A stretch of DNA of 64,000 nt, from positions 21,138 to 85,137 of the forward strand of contig NIVC01002202.1 of NCBI GenBank assembly GCA_002269645.1. Reading direction: 5' to 3'. How positions within the stretch are numbered: position 1 is the stretch's first letter; every line of letters begins with the position of its first letter. The position numbers and the translations under genes are program-made. The notes beneath the pieces were generated by a model. It saw only the letters and a list, made by a program, of their open reading frames with translations. It was not told the origin of the DNA and searched no databases. This document shows, piece after piece, positions 61,633 through 64,000 of this stretch. The stretch is from Macrostomum lignano. Lineage: Eukaryota.

Positions 61633-64000
61633 TTCAACCGTTTTGTCGCGGCGTACGTGCCCTGCGAGCCACTATTCTCCTCTGCACTTTTTCCTGTGAC
61701 GCGCCATGTTCGTCAAGGCTAGCATCTTTCCACAATCCGGACACGGTCCGGTCTTGCTCCTATACACGCGGGCTGTTACGTTCTGCTCCTCTGCTACCTG
61801 TTGTTCCTCGTGCTGTCTGCAGTTCCTCCTGTGTCTGGATAAGTTCGATTTAGAGACGGTTTTTCCACACGCATTGCAGGTGATTCGGCTTCCTTGCACC
61901 TCTTCCCCGCGGCATGCCTTCATGTCTTGAAGTCCCCGCCGCACTTCGGGCACGGCAGACTGGCTCTGGTCATCACGTGGTGCATGCGGCGCTGGTGCAC
62001 CGCAAGGCCTCCTCGAGTGGCGCAGATCTTGCCACAATCTTCATACCGGCAACGGAATCCCGTCAGCTCGTTTTCATTCCATGTCGCCTCAGTTGCGTTC
62101 TGGGGGGCTGGTGGGGACTTGTTAACTTGCTTCCTCTTTCTCCTTTCCTCTTGCCGCAGTTGCTTTTGCCTTTCACTGGTGGTCTCCTTCCATCTTGTTC
62201 GATCACGAACTAGCCGTTCAAGGTCGAGTTCGTCAACCTTAGCGTTTCTTAGCAGTTTCTTCCAGAACGAGATGATGGTCTGTCTTCGGTGCTTTGCTTT
62301 CCGAACTCCTTCTGGGTCTTTACTCCATCCGAGAGCTTTACTCCATCATCTGGTAGCCGTAGCACGTGCCCCATTCTCCCCCAGTGTGCCATCTCAATTT
62401 TTGTTGAGATGCTGGTGACTCTAAGATCGTCGCGGACATCCCCGCTGTTGGCACCTTTCTCTTCCATTTCTTTTAGAGGTGGCTTCGTCTTGCTGCTCCA
62501 TACGTAACGATATAAGCGGTCCACCGTTTTCTGGAGCGTTTTAGTTTCTGACTTATGGAAAAGCCTGGCGCCGCAGTTGAAGAGCATGGTGCTCTCGACG
62601 CAGGCCTCAACGATCCTAGCTTGGGTTCTCCTAGTAAGTCTTAGTCTTTCTGAGCATGTTCCGAACTCCGGCTAATGCTTTCGGGGCCCTCTGCAATCTT
62701 TGTCCAATATCATGCGTCCTAGCCAGGCCGAGCATCCGTATTGTTACTGCTTTCAGTCCCCAGGACAGCGCTCTCTCTTTGTCATCGTTAGTAATTTCTC
62801 GAATTCTTTCATCACCTCCTTTATAATTTTTGTTCCTCGCTCAATTTCGTTCGCAGCTCCGATAATCTTGTATCGTCGCGAAGAGAGAGCACGACACGGT
62901 TTTCGTTGTCGTCTCCTCATTGAATTTATCCAATCGTTGCGGGGGGAGGCTATGCCTGAACTGAACGACAAGTCCAGCGGATTCCAGCTATTTCGCCGTC
63001 GCTAATAGCCGCGGTTTTTCTCCCTTTCTCAGCAAGGCGTATTGCTGCTTGGTGATAGACGTTAAAGAGTATCGGGGAAGTGGCGCATCCTTCTCTTAGA
63101 CCACACTGGGGTAGAAGGGTGTGCTCTCCTCGTTGTCCGATATGACTACGTCGTTTCCTCGTGCAGGTCTTTGATCTTGTCAATAATTCTCGTTGGCATT
63201 CCAGCAAGAAGTTGCCAAAAGTGTATGCTTTACGTAGGTCAAGCAGCTTGATACTGGAGTCCAGGTTGTCGGTATGGTCCGGGCTGTCGCGCAGTTTGCT
63301 GGCGTCCTCGTTGAGGCGCCAGATAATCTGAGTGGCGTCCATTGTAGACCGGCCACTGCGGAAGCCTGCCTTGTTCTCATCGAGTGCGCCAATGTTTTCT
63401 GCCCATGCGCTGATTCTTGTTGCTAGGATCCTTGCGATTATTCTGCTAACTAGCGGTAGCAAGCAGATGCCCCTGTAATTGTTCGCGTTGGCTTGGTCTC
63501 CTTTTTTGAAGAGCGGGATGATTTGACTGATTTTCTGATTCTCTCTCCAGTCTTTGGCTGGTGAGTTCCCCAGATGGTGGATTTCCTTTCTGAGCGATGT
63601 TTTCGCCTCCTCACAAGCTTCCTTGATGTACCTTATTCTTACTCCATCAATTTCTGGTGCTCCGTCTTGAATCTTCATCCATTCCCTCTCGATTTCTTCG
63701 TCTTCTAGCGGTGCGTCTAGCTTTTCGTTGGCGTATCTAACCGTCATGCTGTCCGGTTCGTGAGCTCGTTCCGTTCTGAGTATGCTTTCTTTGATCAGTT
63801 CAGGGGGTTCTCGTATCGTGAGGCTTGTAAGTTTCTAGATGGTCTTTAAAATCTTCCGCCAAGAAGAGTGGTGATGCTTTGCTACCATTTGCGTTTTGTT
63901 GTGTCGCTTCCCATCTTCCGCAGACAGTCGTACATCTTGCCGATGTTGCCACAATCACAGTGGTGTTTACATTTATCGGCAATGTTGACCCACATTCCCA
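61633..64000 (-). mobile_element. Decayed non-LTR retrotransposon (RTE-like), extending beyond the right edge
   Basis: RT motifs KKGDQANANNYRGICLL, AGFRSGRST.DA, GLREGCATSPILFNVY. Catalytic LFADD is broken by a 1-nt deletion at ~62870-62886. Also HWGRMGHVLR, C-terminal CxxCGK...RH...C fingers and a microsatellite tail. Several frameshifts and stops. Confidence 0.9.

Overview
Eukaryotic (metazoan) genomic DNA, not prokaryotic. It has GC-rich exons, AT-rich intergenic DNA, GT-AG introns and about 23 kb (roughly a third of the window) of tandem repeats. The style resembles the flatworm Macrostomum, but that is inference only. Eight protein-coding genes are supported: (1) a secreted/membrane LRR protein on the minus strand running off the left edge, missed by the ORF track; (2) MON1, 4 exons; (3) an orphan rhodopsin-class peptide-type GPCR, 2 coding exons, minus; (4) an intronless non-classical cadherin, minus, whose signal peptide sits one base out of frame; (5) FAM221A, minus; (6) an M28B NAALADase/GCPII-family metallopeptidase; (7) GM2 activator (GM2A); (8) a Cys-rich, mucin-like secreted protein. 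Mobile DNA: a non-autonomous mariner with ~195-bp TIRs, two copies of a tRNA-headed CORE-like SINE, a decayed gypsy gag fragment and a decayed RTE-like LINE with a (GAT)n tail at the right edge. About 20 mini/microsatellites are present, including an 8.6-kb 23/16-bp satellite with an inverted 0.9-kb partner. There is no CRISPR array, rRNA or functional tRNA. I found no clearly novel multi-gene system. The best leads are the exonic cluster of RFX X-box motifs, the fold-back satellite, the cadherin frameshift and the SINE family.
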